From positions 25,914 through 89,913 of the forward strand of contig CAIRTQ010000048.1 of NCBI GenBank assembly GCA_903881545.1: DNA of 64,000 nt, read 5' to 3'. Shown piece after piece: positions 45,195 to 56,289 of the stretch. The number at the start of each line of letters is the position of its first letter. The first letter of the stretch is position 1. A program made the position numbers and the translations under genes. The DNA comes from an uncultured Elusimicrobia bacterium (GTDB lineage: Bacteria > Elusimicrobiota > Elusimicrobia > UBA1565 > UBA9628). Below the pieces are notes generated by a model that was not told where the DNA came from, searched no databases, and was given only the letters and a program-made list of their open reading frames with translations.

Positions 45195-47146
45195 TGGCAT
45201 GGCTCCTGCTCAGCCTCGGCATCCTGCTGGCCAGCGGCTTGGCCGCGTGGGTTCTGCGCCGGGAATCCATAGGCTTGGCAGGGGCACTCGTCGGTTGCGC
45301 CGCGGGCCTGGCCTCCGCGGCCGCGCCCTTGATGACAGGGCGAAGCTGCGCCCTGTCCTTGCCCTGGTCCGTGCCCTACGGTTCCTTTCACCTTGAGATA
45401 GATGCCTTGTCGGCCTTCTTCCTGCTGCCGCTTTTCTTGGTGGGGGCCCTGTCCGCGGTCTACGCCTACGGCTACCTGGCGCCCTATCGGAAAAGTCAGC
45501 CGCTGGGCCGGACCTGGTTCTTCTACAACGCCTTGGTGGCCAGCATGGCTTTAGTCGTGACGGCCCGCAACGCGGTCTTGTTCCTTACGGCCTGGGAAGC
45601 GATGGCCCTGACTTCGTTCTTCCTGGTCGTCTTCGAATCCGAGCGCAAGGATGCGCGGGAGGCGGGCTGGAGCTACCTGGTGGCCGGCCATCTGGGCACG
45701 GCATTCCTCATCATCCTCTTCGTCTGGCTGGGCAGCCGCGCCGGGAGCCTGGAATTTGAACGGTTCGGCAACCTCGACAGCCGCGCGGCCGGCATGCTCT
45801 TCCTCCTGGCTTTGATAGGGTTCGGGACCAAGGCGGGGTTCTTCCCGCTCCACGTCTGGCTGCCCGAGGCGCACCCGGCCGCCCCCAGCCATGTCTCCGC
45901 TTTGATGTCCGGGGTCATGATCAAGATGGGCATCTACGGCCTGCTGCGGATCTATATATGCCTGGGGCCGGGCCCGGCCTGGTGGGGCTGGCTCATGGTC
46001 GCCGTCGGCGTCGTCTCCGGAGTTCTGGGCGTTCTCTTCGCTTTGGCCCAGAGTGATCTCAAGCGGCTGCTCGCCTACTCCAGCGTGGAGAACATAGGGA
46101 TCATCGCCCTGGGCCTGGGGCTGGGCATGCTGGGCCGCAGCCTCGGGATCCCGGCTTTGGCCGCTCTGGGCTTCGCCGGAGGGCTGCTGCATCTGCTCAA
46201 CCACGCCCTGTTCAAGAGCCTGCTCTTCCTGGGCGCGGGCGCCGTGGCCCACTCGGCCGGTACCCGCGATATCGAGCATCTGGGCGGTCTGGCCAAAGCT
46301 ATGCCCTGGACTGCGGGCTTCTTCCTCTTGGGGGCGGTTGCCATCTGTGGACTGCCCCCGCTCAACGGCTTCGTCGGAGAATTCCTGATCCTGCTTGGCG
46401 CTTACCACGGGGCCTGCGCCGTGGGACACCTGGCCGCGGCGGGGGCGGCCGCCATAGCGGCCATCGCTCTCATCGGGGGCTTGGCCGCCGCATGCTTCAC
46501 CAGAGCTTTCGGCATCGTGTTCCTGGGCCAGCCGCGCCGCCGCCACACCGAAAGCATCCACGAGGTCGGGTGGTCCATGCGCATCCCCATGGCGGTGCTG
46601 GCCGCGAGCTGCGTCGCCATCGGCCTGGGCGCACCTTGGCTGTTCGCCTCGGCGGACCGAGTCCTGGGTCCCCTGGGAGTCGGCGCGGGATCCTGGGCTG
46701 GAAGCGGGGCCAGAGGCTGTCTGCTTGGGCTGACCCTATTGTGGGCCGGCCTTTTGGCCGTCGCCTTGGCGGCGGCTGGGTTTCGGCGCTGGCTTCTCGG
46801 CGGCAGGCCGATAGGGGAGGGGGGCACTTGGGACTGCGGTTATGACCGTCCCTCGGAGCGTATGCAGTACACCGCCTCGTCTTTCGCCCAGCCGCTGATC
46901 TCGCTGTTCGCACCTGTTTTGCGTACCCGCAGGGAGCTGGCCACCCCGACCGGATACTACCCGGGACCCGCGGACCTGGCCACGACCACGCCGGATATCG
47001 CCAGCCGCAGACTGTTCAGCCCGGCTTATGAGGCAATGCAGGCCTTGCTGGCAAGGTTCCGCTGGCTCCAGCACGGCTATCTCCAGCTCTATGTCCTTCA
47101 ACTCGCGGTCACGTTGCTGGTGCTGCTGATATGGAAACTGGGTTGA
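45194..47146 (+). CDS. Proton-pumping antiporter-like subunit (HyfB/NuoL family)
   Basis: 650-aa polytopic protein with the NuoL/M/N family core (WLPEAHPAAPSHVSALMSGVMIK). Confidence 0.75.
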   Translation: MAWLLLSLGILLASGLAAWVLRRESIGLAGALVGCAAGLASAAAPLMTGRSCALSLPWSVPYGSFHLEIDALSAFFLLPLFLVGALSAVYAYGYLAPYRKSQPLGRTWFFYNALVASMALVVTARNAVLFLTAWEAMALTSFFLVVFESERKDAREAGWSYLVAGHLGTAFLIILFVWLGSRAGSLEFERFGNLDSRAAGMLFLLALIGFGTKAGFFPLHVWLPEAHPAAPSHVSALMSGVMIKMGIYGLLRIYICLGPGPAWWGWLMVAVGVVSGVLGVLFALAQSDLKRLLAYSSVENIGIIALGLGLGMLGRSLGIPALAALGFAGGLLHLLNHALFKSLLFLGAGAVAHSAGTRDIEHLGGLAKAMPWTAGFFLLGAVAICGLPPLNGFVGEFLILLGAYHGACAVGHLAAAGAAAIAAIALIGGLAAACFTRAFGIVFLGQPRRRHTESIHEVGWSMRIPMAVLAASCVAIGLGAPWLFASADRVLGPLGVGAGSWAGSGARGCLLGLTLLWAGLLAVALAAAGFRRWLLGGRPIGEGGTWDCGYDRPSERMQYTASSFAQPLISLFAPVLRTRRELATPTGYYPGPADLATTTPDIASRRLFSPAYEAMQALLARFRWLQHGYLQLYVLQLAVTLLVLLIWKLG

Positions 47147-48045
47147 TCTTGTCGTCCGCAGGCGGCATCGCCGGCGCGGCCTTGGCCGCCCCGTTGCTGT
47201 CCGGTGTCATTAACCGGACCAAGGCCGTCTTCGCGGGCCGCCGGGGCCAGCCGCTCCTGCAGGCTTACCACGACATCATCAAGCTTCTGGGCAAGGGCGC
47301 GGTCTACAGCAGGACCACGACCTGGGTGTTCCGGGCGGGGCCCGTCATCCAATTTTCATGCGCGGCCTTGGCTCTGGCTTTGCTGCCCATGGGATCCCGG
47401 CCGGCCCTGCTCGCATTCCCGGGCGACTTCATCTGCCTGGCCGGCCTGCTGGCATTGATGCGCTTCTTCCTAATGACGGCGGCCTTGGATACGGGCTCGA
47501 GTTTCGAGGGGATGGGCGCCAGCCGCGAAGCGGCTTTCTCCGCGCTGGCCGAGCCGGTCTTCCTGCTGAGCCTTGCGGTCCTGGCGCGCTTGACGGGCGC
47601 GCTGTCCCTTTCCGGAATGGCCTCCCGGCTGGCCTTGCATCCGGCGGAGGGATCCGGGCCGGTCCTGGCGCTTACGGCCTTGGCTCTCTTCGTGGTCTTC
47701 CTGGCGGAAAACGCCCGGGTGCCCGTCGACGACCCGAACACGCACCTGGAGCTGACCATGATACACGAGGTCATGGCGCTCGACCATGGCGGTCCGGACC
47801 TGGCCTTCATCCAATATGCGGCGCAGCTCAAGCTCTGGATCATGGGCATTCTGGTCGTCAACGCCTTGGGGCTGGGAGGACGCGGCGGCTGGGCCTGCGC
47901 CGGGGGCATGGCCGCGCTGGCGGTGCTCATCGGGATCGTGGAATCCACGATGGCGCGTCTGCGTCTTCTGAGGGTGCCCCAGCTCATGATCGGAGCGGGC
48001 GCGCTCTCACTGTTGGCCCTCCTGCTGACATTGGTGCGGCCATGA
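47131..48045 (+). CDS. HycD/HyfC/NuoH-like membrane subunit
   Basis: Polytopic protein of the NuoH/HycD family pattern (LTMIHEVMALDHGG...). Confidence 0.7.
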   Translation: METGLILSSAGGIAGAALAAPLLSGVINRTKAVFAGRRGQPLLQAYHDIIKLLGKGAVYSRTTTWVFRAGPVIQFSCAALALALLPMGSRPALLAFPGDFICLAGLLALMRFFLMTAALDTGSSFEGMGASREAAFSALAEPVFLLSLAVLARLTGALSLSGMASRLALHPAEGSGPVLALTALALFVVFLAENARVPVDDPNTHLELTMIHEVMALDHGGPDLAFIQYAAQLKLWIMGILVVNALGLGGRGGWACAGGMAALAVLIGIVESTMARLRLLRVPQLMIGAGALSLLALLLTLVRP

Positions 48046-48686
48046 ACGCTTGGAGCGAGCTGATCTTGATCCTGGTCATCCTCACGAACCTGCTGCTGGT
48101 CGGCGGCAACCGCCTGACCGGTCTCATAAGATTCGCCGCCGTCCAGGGGTTGCTGGCAGGCTTGCTGCCTCTGCTGGCGCATTCCCAAGCGCTCACCGCC
48201 AGGCTGGTCTTCCTCGCCGCGTTGGCGGTCGCGCTCAAAGGCGTGGCGTTCCCTCTGCTGCTGGGCCGGGCCTTGCGCGAAGCCGATATCCGGCGCGAGG
48301 TGGAGCCGTTCGTGGGTTCCGAGTTCTCCATTTTTGTGGGGATATCCCTGCTGGCCTTCTCTTTCTGGCTGAGCGAGTGGCTGGGCATCGCGCAGGCGGG
48401 CTGGCTGCGGCTCATGCTGCCGGTCGGGTTCTTCACGATGATGACCGGGCTTTTCCTCATCATCTCCCGCCACAAGGCCTTGACCCAGGTGCTGGGTTAC
48501 CTGGTCATGGAGAACGGCATCTTCCTGCTCGGCGTGGCGCTGGTGGGTGAAGTCCCTTTCATCGTCGAGCTGGGTGTCCTTCTGGACGCTTTCGTGGCGG
48601 TCTTCGTCATGGGCATCGCGATCCACCACATCAACCGCGAGTTCAATCATATGGATGTCCACTTGATGGCGAGGCTCAAGGAATGA
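48042..48686 (+). CDS. HyfE-like small membrane subunit
   Basis: 214-aa hydrophobic protein, coupled between the HycD-like and HyfF-like genes. Start at the internal Met (ATG/TGA overlap at 48042-48045). Confidence 0.5.
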   Translation: MNAWSELILILVILTNLLLVGGNRLTGLIRFAAVQGLLAGLLPLLAHSQALTARLVFLAALAVALKGVAFPLLLGRALREADIRREVEPFVGSEFSIFVGISLLAFSFWLSEWLGIAQAGWLRLMLPVGFFTMMTGLFLIISRHKALTQVLGYLVMENGIFLLGVALVGEVPFIVELGVLLDAFVAVFVMGIAIHHINREFNHMDVHLMARLKE

Positions 48687-50176
48687 ACGGACTGCCCCAG
48701 CCCGGTTTGGCGGCCTTGGTCCTCCTGCCCTTGGCGGGCTGCGGACTCTGCTGGGTGCTCCGCGCGCCCAAGCGCATCCTCGCCGTGACCTGGCTGGCCA
48801 GCCTGCTCAGCGCCTTGGCCGCCGCGCCCGCGGTGTGGGCCTGCCTGCATGGCCGGGCGCTGCAGGAGGCCCAGGGCTGGCTCGCCCTTGACGCTCTTTC
48901 CGCCTTCCATCTGGCCGTAATGTACTGCGTCTTCATCCTGAGCTCGGCCTATGCGCAGATCTACTTTAACGGGGGACTCTCTTCTGGGGAGCTTTCCCTG
49001 GCGCAGATCCGGCAATTCGCTTCCCTGTGGCTTGGCTCCTTGGCGGCCTTGACCCTTACCTTGATATCCAACAACCTCGGGATGATGTGGGTCGGGATGG
49101 AAGCGACCACGCTGCTGACGGCATTCCTCATCATCGTGCGCCGCAGCCCCGACGCCCTCGAGGCCATGTGGAAGTACCTGCTCATCTGCTCCGTAGGCAT
49201 CGCCTTTGCCTTCATCGGAACCTTGCTGGTCGCGGCGTCGGCCAAGGGCCTGGTCCAGGATCCCGGCCAGCTTCTGCACTGGTCGCGGCTGATGGCCGCG
49301 GCATCCGGCTTGAACCCGAAACTGCTCAAGGCGGGCTTCCTGTTCGTCCTGGTCGGCTACGGCACCAAGGCGGGCCTGGCGCCCATGCACAGCTGGCTGC
49401 CCGACGCCCACAGCCAGGCCCCGGCGCCCGTCTCCGCCATCTTCTCCGGCTGCATGCTCAACGCCGGGCTCTACTGCATCCTGCGCTACGGCGCCCTTTG
49501 CCACGCCCTGCCGCAGCTGGCGGATTGGAGCGCGGGTCTGCTGCGGCTCCTGGGACTGCTCTCCATCAGCGTGGCCGCCGTCTTCATCCTCTTTCAGAAC
49601 GACGGCAAGCGCCTGCTGGCCTACAGCAGCGTGGAGCATCTGGGCATCATCGCATTGGGGATGGGACTGGGGACACCCGGGATATTCGCGGCCCTCTTCC
49701 ATACCTTGAATCATGCCCTAGGTAAGAGCGTGGGCTTCTTCTGCATGGGCCGGCTGGGCCAAATCTATGGCACCAATGATCTGCGGCGCCTGGCGGGCGC
49801 CGCCCGGCGCGAGCCGATCTGGGGCAACGGCCTGTTGCTGAGTCTCCTGGCCATCCTGGGCGCGGCGCCTTCCGCGGTGTTCCTCAGCGAGTTCCTGATC
49901 CTCAAGGCCGCCGTGGAAGCGCATCGTGCCGGGGTGGTGGCCGTGTTCCTGGCGGGCACCTGCATCATCTTCATCAGCGCCTCCCGCCGCGCCATCGCCA
50001 CGGCCTGGGGCGAGCCGGCTTCTCCCGCGCGCCTCCCTGGGCCGCGCGCGGGCCTGGCCGCGACCCTGCTCGTGGCGCTGCCTTTGGCGCTGTTGTTCTG
50101 CCTCGGCGTCTGGATGCCGGGACCTTTCCGCGGGGCGCTGGAGCGCTGCGCGGCGGTGCTGAACGGCAGCCGATGA
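48683..50176 (+). CDS. Proton-pumping antiporter-like subunit (HyfF/NuoN/M family)
   Basis: WLPDAHSQAPAPVSAIFSGCMLNAG is the conserved antiporter-subunit motif. Confidence 0.7.
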   Translation: MNGLPQPGLAALVLLPLAGCGLCWVLRAPKRILAVTWLASLLSALAAAPAVWACLHGRALQEAQGWLALDALSAFHLAVMYCVFILSSAYAQIYFNGGLSSGELSLAQIRQFASLWLGSLAALTLTLISNNLGMMWVGMEATTLLTAFLIIVRRSPDALEAMWKYLLICSVGIAFAFIGTLLVAASAKGLVQDPGQLLHWSRLMAAASGLNPKLLKAGFLFVLVGYGTKAGLAPMHSWLPDAHSQAPAPVSAIFSGCMLNAGLYCILRYGALCHALPQLADWSAGLLRLLGLLSISVAAVFILFQNDGKRLLAYSSVEHLGIIALGMGLGTPGIFAALFHTLNHALGKSVGFFCMGRLGQIYGTNDLRRLAGAARREPIWGNGLLLSLLAILGAAPSAVFLSEFLILKAAVEAHRAGVVAVFLAGTCIIFISASRRAIATAWGEPASPARLPGPRAGLAATLLVALPLALLFCLGVWMPGPFRGALERCAAVLNGSR

Positions 50177-50180
50177 ACCG

Positions 50181-51608
50181 ATGAAGATGAGAAACGCCCA
50201 GTCCGTCCCGCTGTCCGAGATCCCGCGGCTGGCCATCGGCGAATTCCGCGTCGAGGTCTTGCGGGCGGTCCGGGAGGGGGAACGCCTCTGCGCATTCTTC
50301 CATCACGGCGGGCGGCTCTGGGCCGTCTTGGCCTGCGACGAGAGCGGCCTCCTGCGCCTGGTCAGCGGCGAGGTCCAGGATTCTTACGCGGCCTTGACGC
50401 CGGAGTGCCCGCAGGCGCACTGGTTCGAGCGCGAGGTCTGCGAAGAGTCCGGCATCCGGCCCGAGGGGCATCCTTGGCTGCGGCCGATCCGGTCCGGTTA
50501 CGCCGATTTTTATCGCGTCGAGGGAGATGAGGTCCACGAGGTGGCCGTGGGCCCGGTGCACGCCGGCGTCATAGAGCCCGGGCATTTCCGTTTCCAGTGC
50601 CACGGCGAGGACGTCCTGCATCTGGAGATCGCCCTGGGCTATCAACGCCGCGGCGCGCAGGCTCTGATCCAAGGCGGTCCGGACCGCAGGACGGTCCATG
50701 TCATGGAGACCTTGGCCGGCGACACCTCCATCGGACATGTCCTGGCCTATGCGCAAGCGATGGAGTCTCTTTCCGGCACGCGCGTCCCGGCCCGGGCGCT
50801 GGCCTGGCGCGGGGTGGCGCTGGAGCTGGAGCGGCTCGCCAACCATTGCGGCGATCTGGGGGCCTTGGCCAACGACGTGGGTTATCTGCCCACGGCCTCC
50901 TTCTGCGGCCGCCTCCGCGGCGACTTCCTCAACATGACCGCCTTGCTTTGCGGCAGCCGCTTCGGACGGGGACTGGTCCGGCCCGGCGGGGTCAGGTTCG
51001 ACGCCGAGCCCGGCCGGATCGAGGACCTGTTGCGCCGGTTGGAAGCCGCGGCCAGGGATTCGGCGTCCGCCGTGGGACTGCTTTGGAAATCCAATTCGGT
51101 CATGGGGCGCTTCGAGGACACGGGGAAGCTCTCCCGGGAGGACTGCCTGGCGCTGGGTCTCGTGGGCCCGGCCGCCCGGGCCTGCGGGGTCGAGCGCGAC
51201 GTGCGCCATGATTTTCCGCACGGGATCTACAGCTATGCCCAGGTGCCGGTCTCGACCGCGCAGACCGGCGACGTGCTGGGCCGCGCTTTCGTCAGATGGC
51301 TGGAGATGCAGCGCAGCTTGGCCTTCGCCAAGGAGACTCTGGAGCATCTGCCCACGGGGAGCATTGCCGCGGCGCCAGCGCCCTGCGCGCCGGAGAGGAT
51401 CTGCGTCAGCTTGGTCGAGGGCTGGCGGGGGGAGATCTGCCACGTCGCCCTGACCGACGGCGCCGGGCGCTTCGCGCGCTATCAGGTCGTCGATGCCTCC
51501 TTCCATAACTGGTTCGGTTTGGCCCATGCCATGCGCGGCCAGCAGATATCGGATTTCCCTCTCTGCAACAAGAGCTTCAATCTTTCCTATTGCGGCCATG
51601 ATCTCTAG
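50181..51608 (+). CDS. Fused NuoC-NuoD/HycE-like large subunit; the canonical N-terminal NiFe CxxC appears to be absent
   Basis: GPVHAGVIEPGHFRF (the NuoD/HycE GPxHP motif). At the expected RxCGxC position the sequence is ETLAGDTSIGH. The C-terminus has PLCNKSFNLSYCGHD instead of DPCxxCxxH. Confidence 0.7.
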   Translation: MKMRNAQSVPLSEIPRLAIGEFRVEVLRAVREGERLCAFFHHGGRLWAVLACDESGLLRLVSGEVQDSYAALTPECPQAHWFEREVCEESGIRPEGHPWLRPIRSGYADFYRVEGDEVHEVAVGPVHAGVIEPGHFRFQCHGEDVLHLEIALGYQRRGAQALIQGGPDRRTVHVMETLAGDTSIGHVLAYAQAMESLSGTRVPARALAWRGVALELERLANHCGDLGALANDVGYLPTASFCGRLRGDFLNMTALLCGSRFGRGLVRPGGVRFDAEPGRIEDLLRRLEAAARDSASAVGLLWKSNSVMGRFEDTGKLSREDCLALGLVGPAARACGVERDVRHDFPHGIYSYAQVPVSTAQTGDVLGRAFVRWLEMQRSLAFAKETLEHLPTGSIAAAPAPCAPERICVSLVEGWRGEICHVALTDGAGRFARYQVVDASFHNWFGLAHAMRGQQISDFPLCNKSFNLSYCGHDL

Positions 51609-51617
51609 GGACTGCCC

Positions 51618-52370
51618 ATGCTTAAAGAATTGATCGCCAGATTCCGGCAGGGGCATCGGACCATCGCCTTCCCCGTCGCGGAGCCCCAGTTGCCGGACCG
51701 CTTCAGAGGCCGCCCCTCATGGGAGCGCGCCAAATGCGTCGCGGACTGCACGGAATGCGCTAAGGTCTGCCCCACGGGGGCCATCCAAGGCGCCGGGCCT
51801 GCCGGCCTGGACCTGGGGCGCTGTCTTTTTTGCGAGGACTGCGCGCGGGTCTGCCCTTCCGGGGCCTTGCGCTTCACCCAGGACTTCCACCTGGCCGCCC
51901 GGTCCCGGCAGGACCTCATCACTTCCGACGGGACCCTGAAAGAGATGGAAGGGCTCAGCGCGCAATTACGCGGACTCCTGGGCCGTTCGCTGAAGCTACG
52001 CCAAGTCAGCGCCGGAGGCTGCAACGCCTGTGAAGCCGACATCAACGTCCTGGGCACGGTGGTATTCGACTTGGGGCGCTTCGGCGTCCAGTTCGTGGCT
52101 TCCCCCAGGCATGCCGACGGCCTTCTGATTACGGGGCCGGTGACCAAGAACATGGAGCTGGCGCTGCGCAAGACCTACGACGCCGTGCCTGCGCCCAAGA
52201 TCGTCATCGCCTGCGGCGCCTGCGCCGTCTCGGGCGGGCCATACCTAGGCAGTCCCCAGGTGCTCGACGGCGCGGCCGGCGTAGTGCCGGTGGACCTCTT
52301 CATCCCGGGCTGCCCGCCGCATCCCCTCACCATCCTCGACGCGATTTTGCGGCTCTTGGGACCGCGCTAG
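51618..52370 (+). CDS. Fusion of a 2x[4Fe-4S] ferredoxin (HycF/NuoI-like) with a NuoB/HycG-like small subunit
   Basis: [13 protein letters not shown] and [12 protein letters not shown] (two CxxCxxCxxxCP motifs). NuoB-type ligands [18 protein letters not shown] and IPGCPPHP. Confidence 0.7.
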   Translation: MLKELIARFRQGHRTIAFPVAEPQLPDRFRGRPSWERAKCVADCTECAKVCPTGAIQGAGPAGLDLGRCLFCEDCARVCPSGALRFTQDFHLAARSRQDLITSDGTLKEMEGLSAQLRGLLGRSLKLRQVSAGGCNACEADINVLGTVVFDLGRFGVQFVASPRHADGLLITGPVTKNMELALRKTYDAVPAPKIVIACGACAVSGGPYLGSPQVLDGAAGVVPVDLFIPGCPPHPLTILDAILRLLGPR

Positions 52371-52417
52371 ACGGCCGGCCGCCCGAGCCCCGAGGACCGG
52401 TCGCCTTTTTATGTAGA

Positions 52418-54826
52418 ATGGCAAAGCCAAGCACCGTTATTGGAGATACCATGACGCTGGAACCTGAACTGCTGCGCCGGATGGACGCGTACTGGCGGGC
52501 CGCCAACTACCTTTCGGTCGGCCAGATATATCTATACGATAATCCTCTCCTCAAGCGGCCGCTGCTGTTGTCGGACATCAAGCGTATGCTGCTGGGGCAC
52601 TGGGGCACGGTCCCCGGGCAGAACTTCGCCTATGTGCACCTCAACCGGGTCATCAAAAAATACGACCTGGACATGATCTTCGTCTCCGGACCAGGGCACG
52701 GTGGTCCGGCCGTCGTGGGCAATACCTACCTCGAAGGCACTTACAGCGAGGTCTATCCCGATATCAGCCGTGACGAGGGCGGCCTGCGCAAGCTCTTCCG
52801 GCAGTTCTCCTTCCCGGGGGGCATCCCCAGCCACGCGTCGCCCGAATGCCCGGGCTCGATCCACGAGGGCGGCGAGCTAGGCTATTCGCTGAGCCATTCC
52901 TTCGGGGCCGCGTTCGACAATCCCAGCCTCATCGTGGCTTGCATCGTAGGCGACGGCGAGGCCGAGGCCGGCCCCCTGGCCACGGCGTGGCATTCCAATA
53001 AGTTCCTGGACCCGGCGGGCGACGGGGCGGTCCTGCCCATCCTGCATCTCAACGGCTATAAGATCAGCAATCCGACGGTGCTGGCCCGCATCCCGCGCGA
53101 GGAGCTGGAACAGTTCTTCCTCGGCTGCGGCTGGCAGCCCATTTTCGTCGCGGGCCATGAACCCGAACCGATGCACCAGGCCATGGCCGCGGCTCTGGAT
53201 ACGGCAGTGGAGCGTATCCAGGAGATCCAGCGGGAAGCCCGCGTCCGCCGCGGCGCGCGGCCGCGCTGGCCGATGATCGTCCTCGATTCGCCCAAGGGCT
53301 GGACCGGGCCGAAGGCCGTAGGCGGCCTAAAAGTGGAAGGCACTTTCCGTTCGCATCAGGTGCCCTTGCCGGTGGATGCGGCGCATCCCGATAACATCGC
53401 GCAGCTCGAGAACTGGCTCAAGAGCTATCGGCCGGAGGAGCTCTTTGACGAGGCCGGCCGCTTGAAGCCGGAGCTGGCCGAGCTCGCGCCCCAGGGCGAG
53501 CGGCGCATGGGCGCCAATCCGCACGCTAACGGCGGCCTCCTTCTGCGCGACCTGAGGATGCCTGATTTCCGCGACTACGCGGTCGAAGTGCCATCGCCGG
53601 GCGTGCGCGGCATCGGCGACACGCATGTGCTGGGGAAATTCCTGCGCGACGTGACCAAGCTCAACGCCGAGCAGAGGAATTTCCGTGTCTTTGGCCCGGA
53701 CGAGACCCTCTCCAACGGCCTGGAGGCACTCTTCGAGACGACCCAGCGCCAGTGGGACGCCGAGTCCAGGCCCGACGACATTTTCCTGGCACCCGCCGGA
53801 CGGGTTATGGAGATGCTCAGCGAACACCAGTGTGAGGGCTGGCTGGAAGGCTATCTGCTCACCGGCCGGCACGGGATATTCAACTGCTACGAGGCCTTTA
53901 TCCATATCGTGGACTCGATGTTCAATCAGCACGCCAAATGGCTAAAGATCACTTCACGCCTGCCCTGGCGGCGCAAGATCGCCTCGCTCAACTATCTGCT
54001 GACCTCCCATGTCTGGCGGCAGGACCACAACGGCTTCACGCATCAAGATCCTGGCTTCATCGACCATGTCACCAACAAAAAAGCCGAAATCGTACGGGTG
54101 TATTTGCCGCCTGACGCCAACTGCCTGCTCTCCGTTATGGACCACTGTCTGCGCAGCCGCCATTACGTCAACGTGGTAGTCGCGGGCAAACACCCGGCGC
54201 CGCAGTGGCTCGGCATGGACGCGGCCGTCAAGCATTGCGCTGAGGGCATCGGCATCTGGCAATGGGCCAGCAACGACCAGGACGCGGAGCCCGACGCGGT
54301 CATGGCCTGCTGCGGAGACGTGCCTACGCTGGAGGCCCTGGCGGCGGTGTCTATCCTGCGCGAGCACTTGCCGGGCCTGAAGCTCCGGGTGGTCAACGTC
54401 ATGGACCTCATGAAGCTACAGCCCCAGAGCGAGCACCCGCATGGCTTGAGCGACCAGGACTTCGACGAGCTGTTCACCACGGACAAGCCGGTCATCTTCG
54501 CCTTCCACGGCTACCCTTGGCTGATCCACAGGCTGACCTACCGCCGCGCCAACCACGACAACATCCATGTGCGCGGCTACAAGGAAGAGGGGACCATCAC
54601 CACGCCCTTCGACATGACGGTGCTCAACGAGCTGGACCGTTTTCATCTGGTGATGGATACCGTGGACCGTCTGCCTCAGACTGGGGCGAAGGGCATCCAT
54701 CTCAAGCGGATGCTCAAAGACAAGTTGGCGGAGCACCGGCAGCACATCGTCCAGAACGGCGAGGACCTGCCGGAGGTCCGCGGCTGGTTGTGGCCGGGCG
54801 CCGTGCCCATGCGGCAGCAGTTATAA
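52418..54826 (+). CDS. xfp: Phosphoketolase (Xfp family)
   Basis: [23 protein letters not shown], and the thiamine-diphosphate-binding region GDGEAE. 802 aa. Confidence 0.85.
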   Translation: MAKPSTVIGDTMTLEPELLRRMDAYWRAANYLSVGQIYLYDNPLLKRPLLLSDIKRMLLGHWGTVPGQNFAYVHLNRVIKKYDLDMIFVSGPGHGGPAVVGNTYLEGTYSEVYPDISRDEGGLRKLFRQFSFPGGIPSHASPECPGSIHEGGELGYSLSHSFGAAFDNPSLIVACIVGDGEAEAGPLATAWHSNKFLDPAGDGAVLPILHLNGYKISNPTVLARIPREELEQFFLGCGWQPIFVAGHEPEPMHQAMAAALDTAVERIQEIQREARVRRGARPRWPMIVLDSPKGWTGPKAVGGLKVEGTFRSHQVPLPVDAAHPDNIAQLENWLKSYRPEELFDEAGRLKPELAELAPQGERRMGANPHANGGLLLRDLRMPDFRDYAVEVPSPGVRGIGDTHVLGKFLRDVTKLNAEQRNFRVFGPDETLSNGLEALFETTQRQWDAESRPDDIFLAPAGRVMEMLSEHQCEGWLEGYLLTGRHGIFNCYEAFIHIVDSMFNQHAKWLKITSRLPWRRKIASLNYLLTSHVWRQDHNGFTHQDPGFIDHVTNKKAEIVRVYLPPDANCLLSVMDHCLRSRHYVNVVVAGKHPAPQWLGMDAAVKHCAEGIGIWQWASNDQDAEPDAVMACCGDVPTLEALAAVSILREHLPGLKLRVVNVMDLMKLQPQSEHPHGLSDQDFDELFTTDKPVIFAFHGYPWLIHRLTYRRANHDNIHVRGYKEEGTITTPFDMTVLNELDRFHLVMDTVDRLPQTGAKGIHLKRMLKDKLAEHRQHIVQNGEDLPEVRGWLWPGAVPMRQQL

Positions 54827-54923
54827 TAACGCCGGATTCGTGCTAAAATATAATCAATGGGAAAAGGTTCCCATAACCACAGGATGTTAGTGGACTAGAC
54901 GCAAGAAAAGAGGATAAGCGAAA

Positions 54924-55127
54924 ATGGCAACAGGTAAAGTGAAGTGGTTCAACGACCAGAAGGGATTCGGCTTCATCACGCCGGATGACGGTTCCAAAGA
55001 TCTTTTCGTCCATCACTCGTCCATCACGGGTGACGGGTTCAAGACTTTGGCCGAGAATCAGGCCGTTGAGTTCGAAGTGCAAGAGTCCGACAAGGGCCCT
55101 CGCGCCGCCAACGTCAAGAAGCTCTAA
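54924..55127 (+). CDS. cspA: Cold-shock protein (CspA family)
   Basis: [34 protein letters not shown]. Confidence 0.9.
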   Translation: MATGKVKWFNDQKGFGFITPDDGSKDLFVHHSSITGDGFKTLAENQAVEFEVQESDKGPRAANVKKL

Positions 55128-55218
55128 ACTGAGCAAGCCCTGAAATAGCCCCGGCCGCCGCGCCCCCGTCAGGAGGCGCGCGGCCCGGGCCAGGGCCCCT
55201 GAGGCGGGGGGCGTCGGC

Positions 55219-56214
55219 TTACCATACGATGCGCAGCTGGCCGGTCAAAGTCAATTCCGCCAGCTCTTGGGGACTGAGCGTCCTCTGTTGGCCGGAAGGC
55301 AAGGTCATGTCCAGGCTATCGATGGCGGCAGGATGCAAGAGCACCGTAGCCTTCCCATCCGGGCCGGTCTTCCCGACGGAACGGACCAGACGGCCGCAGG
55401 TTTTAGTGCAGTCTGATTCCTCGATATTCGCTCCGGACAGCGGATTCCCGTCGGCGCTTGAGACCGTGACCTCGAATTTCTCCTCCGGCACATCCCAGAT
55501 GCGTTTGATGGTCATATAAGGCGCGGGCTTGGTCAGCTTCAGGCCCGGATTGATGCAGTACCTGCGCCTTTCGTTCGTCCAATAGGGGATGTCGAGATAG
55601 AGCGGATACTCCCCCGCGCGCAGGTGCAGCACGCCCCGCTTGTCCGTGCGCTGAGCCCCGAGGTCGATCCCGAAGTGCGCGGCGCAATGATTGTAATCGT
55701 AAACATAGATGGCGACCGGTACCTGGCGCGAAACCAGAGGACGGCCGTCGGGATATTGCAGCGTCACCTGACGCTCGGCGTAGGGCGGGAGGGTCAAGGT
55801 CGTTCGGCCGCGGGAATCACGGCGCGTCTGGCCCAAGGCATCGAGCGCGGCGGAAAAATCGTCGAACAGCTTCGCGGGCTTGATGTTCCCGGACCGATAC
55901 CACGATCCGCCGAAGTCGACCAGAAGCAGGTAGGATTCCACCTTGGGGTCCGGCTTGACCTCCCGGGCAAGCTTTCTTTCGTCGAGCGCTATCCAGGCCT
56001 CTCCGTCCAGGATCCTGGCCAATTCGAATTTCTCCAGTCTGTTCCAGGAATAATGGAACAGCCACACCATGCCCGAGGACGCCGAAGGCGCCCCTTCCAG
56101 GATGAATCGGTAGTGCAGAGACACATCCTTCTGGGCCATGGCCAGGGAGCCGCAGGACAGCAGCAGCCCCGCCAACGACAAAGGCCTTAGGGCCGGACCG
56201 AAAACGCGCATCAT
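55219..56214 (-). CDS. Secreted hypothetical protein
   Basis: Signal peptide MMRVFGPALRPLSLAGLLLSCGSLAMA. 331 aa. Confidence 0.35.
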   Translation of the reverse strand: MMRVFGPALRPLSLAGLLLSCGSLAMAQKDVSLHYRFILEGAPSASSGMVWLFHYSWNRLEKFELARILDGEAWIALDERKLAREVKPDPKVESYLLLVDFGGSWYRSGNIKPAKLFDDFSAALDALGQTRRDSRGRTTLTLPPYAERQVTLQYPDGRPLVSRQVPVAIYVYDYNHCAAHFGIDLGAQRTDKRGVLHLRAGEYPLYLDIPYWTNERRRYCINPGLKLTKPAPYMTIKRIWDVPEEKFEVTVSSADGNPLSGANIEESDCTKTCGRLVRSVGKTGPDGKATVLLHPAAIDSLDMTLPSGQQRTLSPQELAELTLTGQLRIVW

Positions 56215-56289
56215 CGCCTAAGAATCATACAAAGAACGAGCCCCGATCCGCGTGGCAGGGACGCGAAAATTAATATGATAAAATAACGA

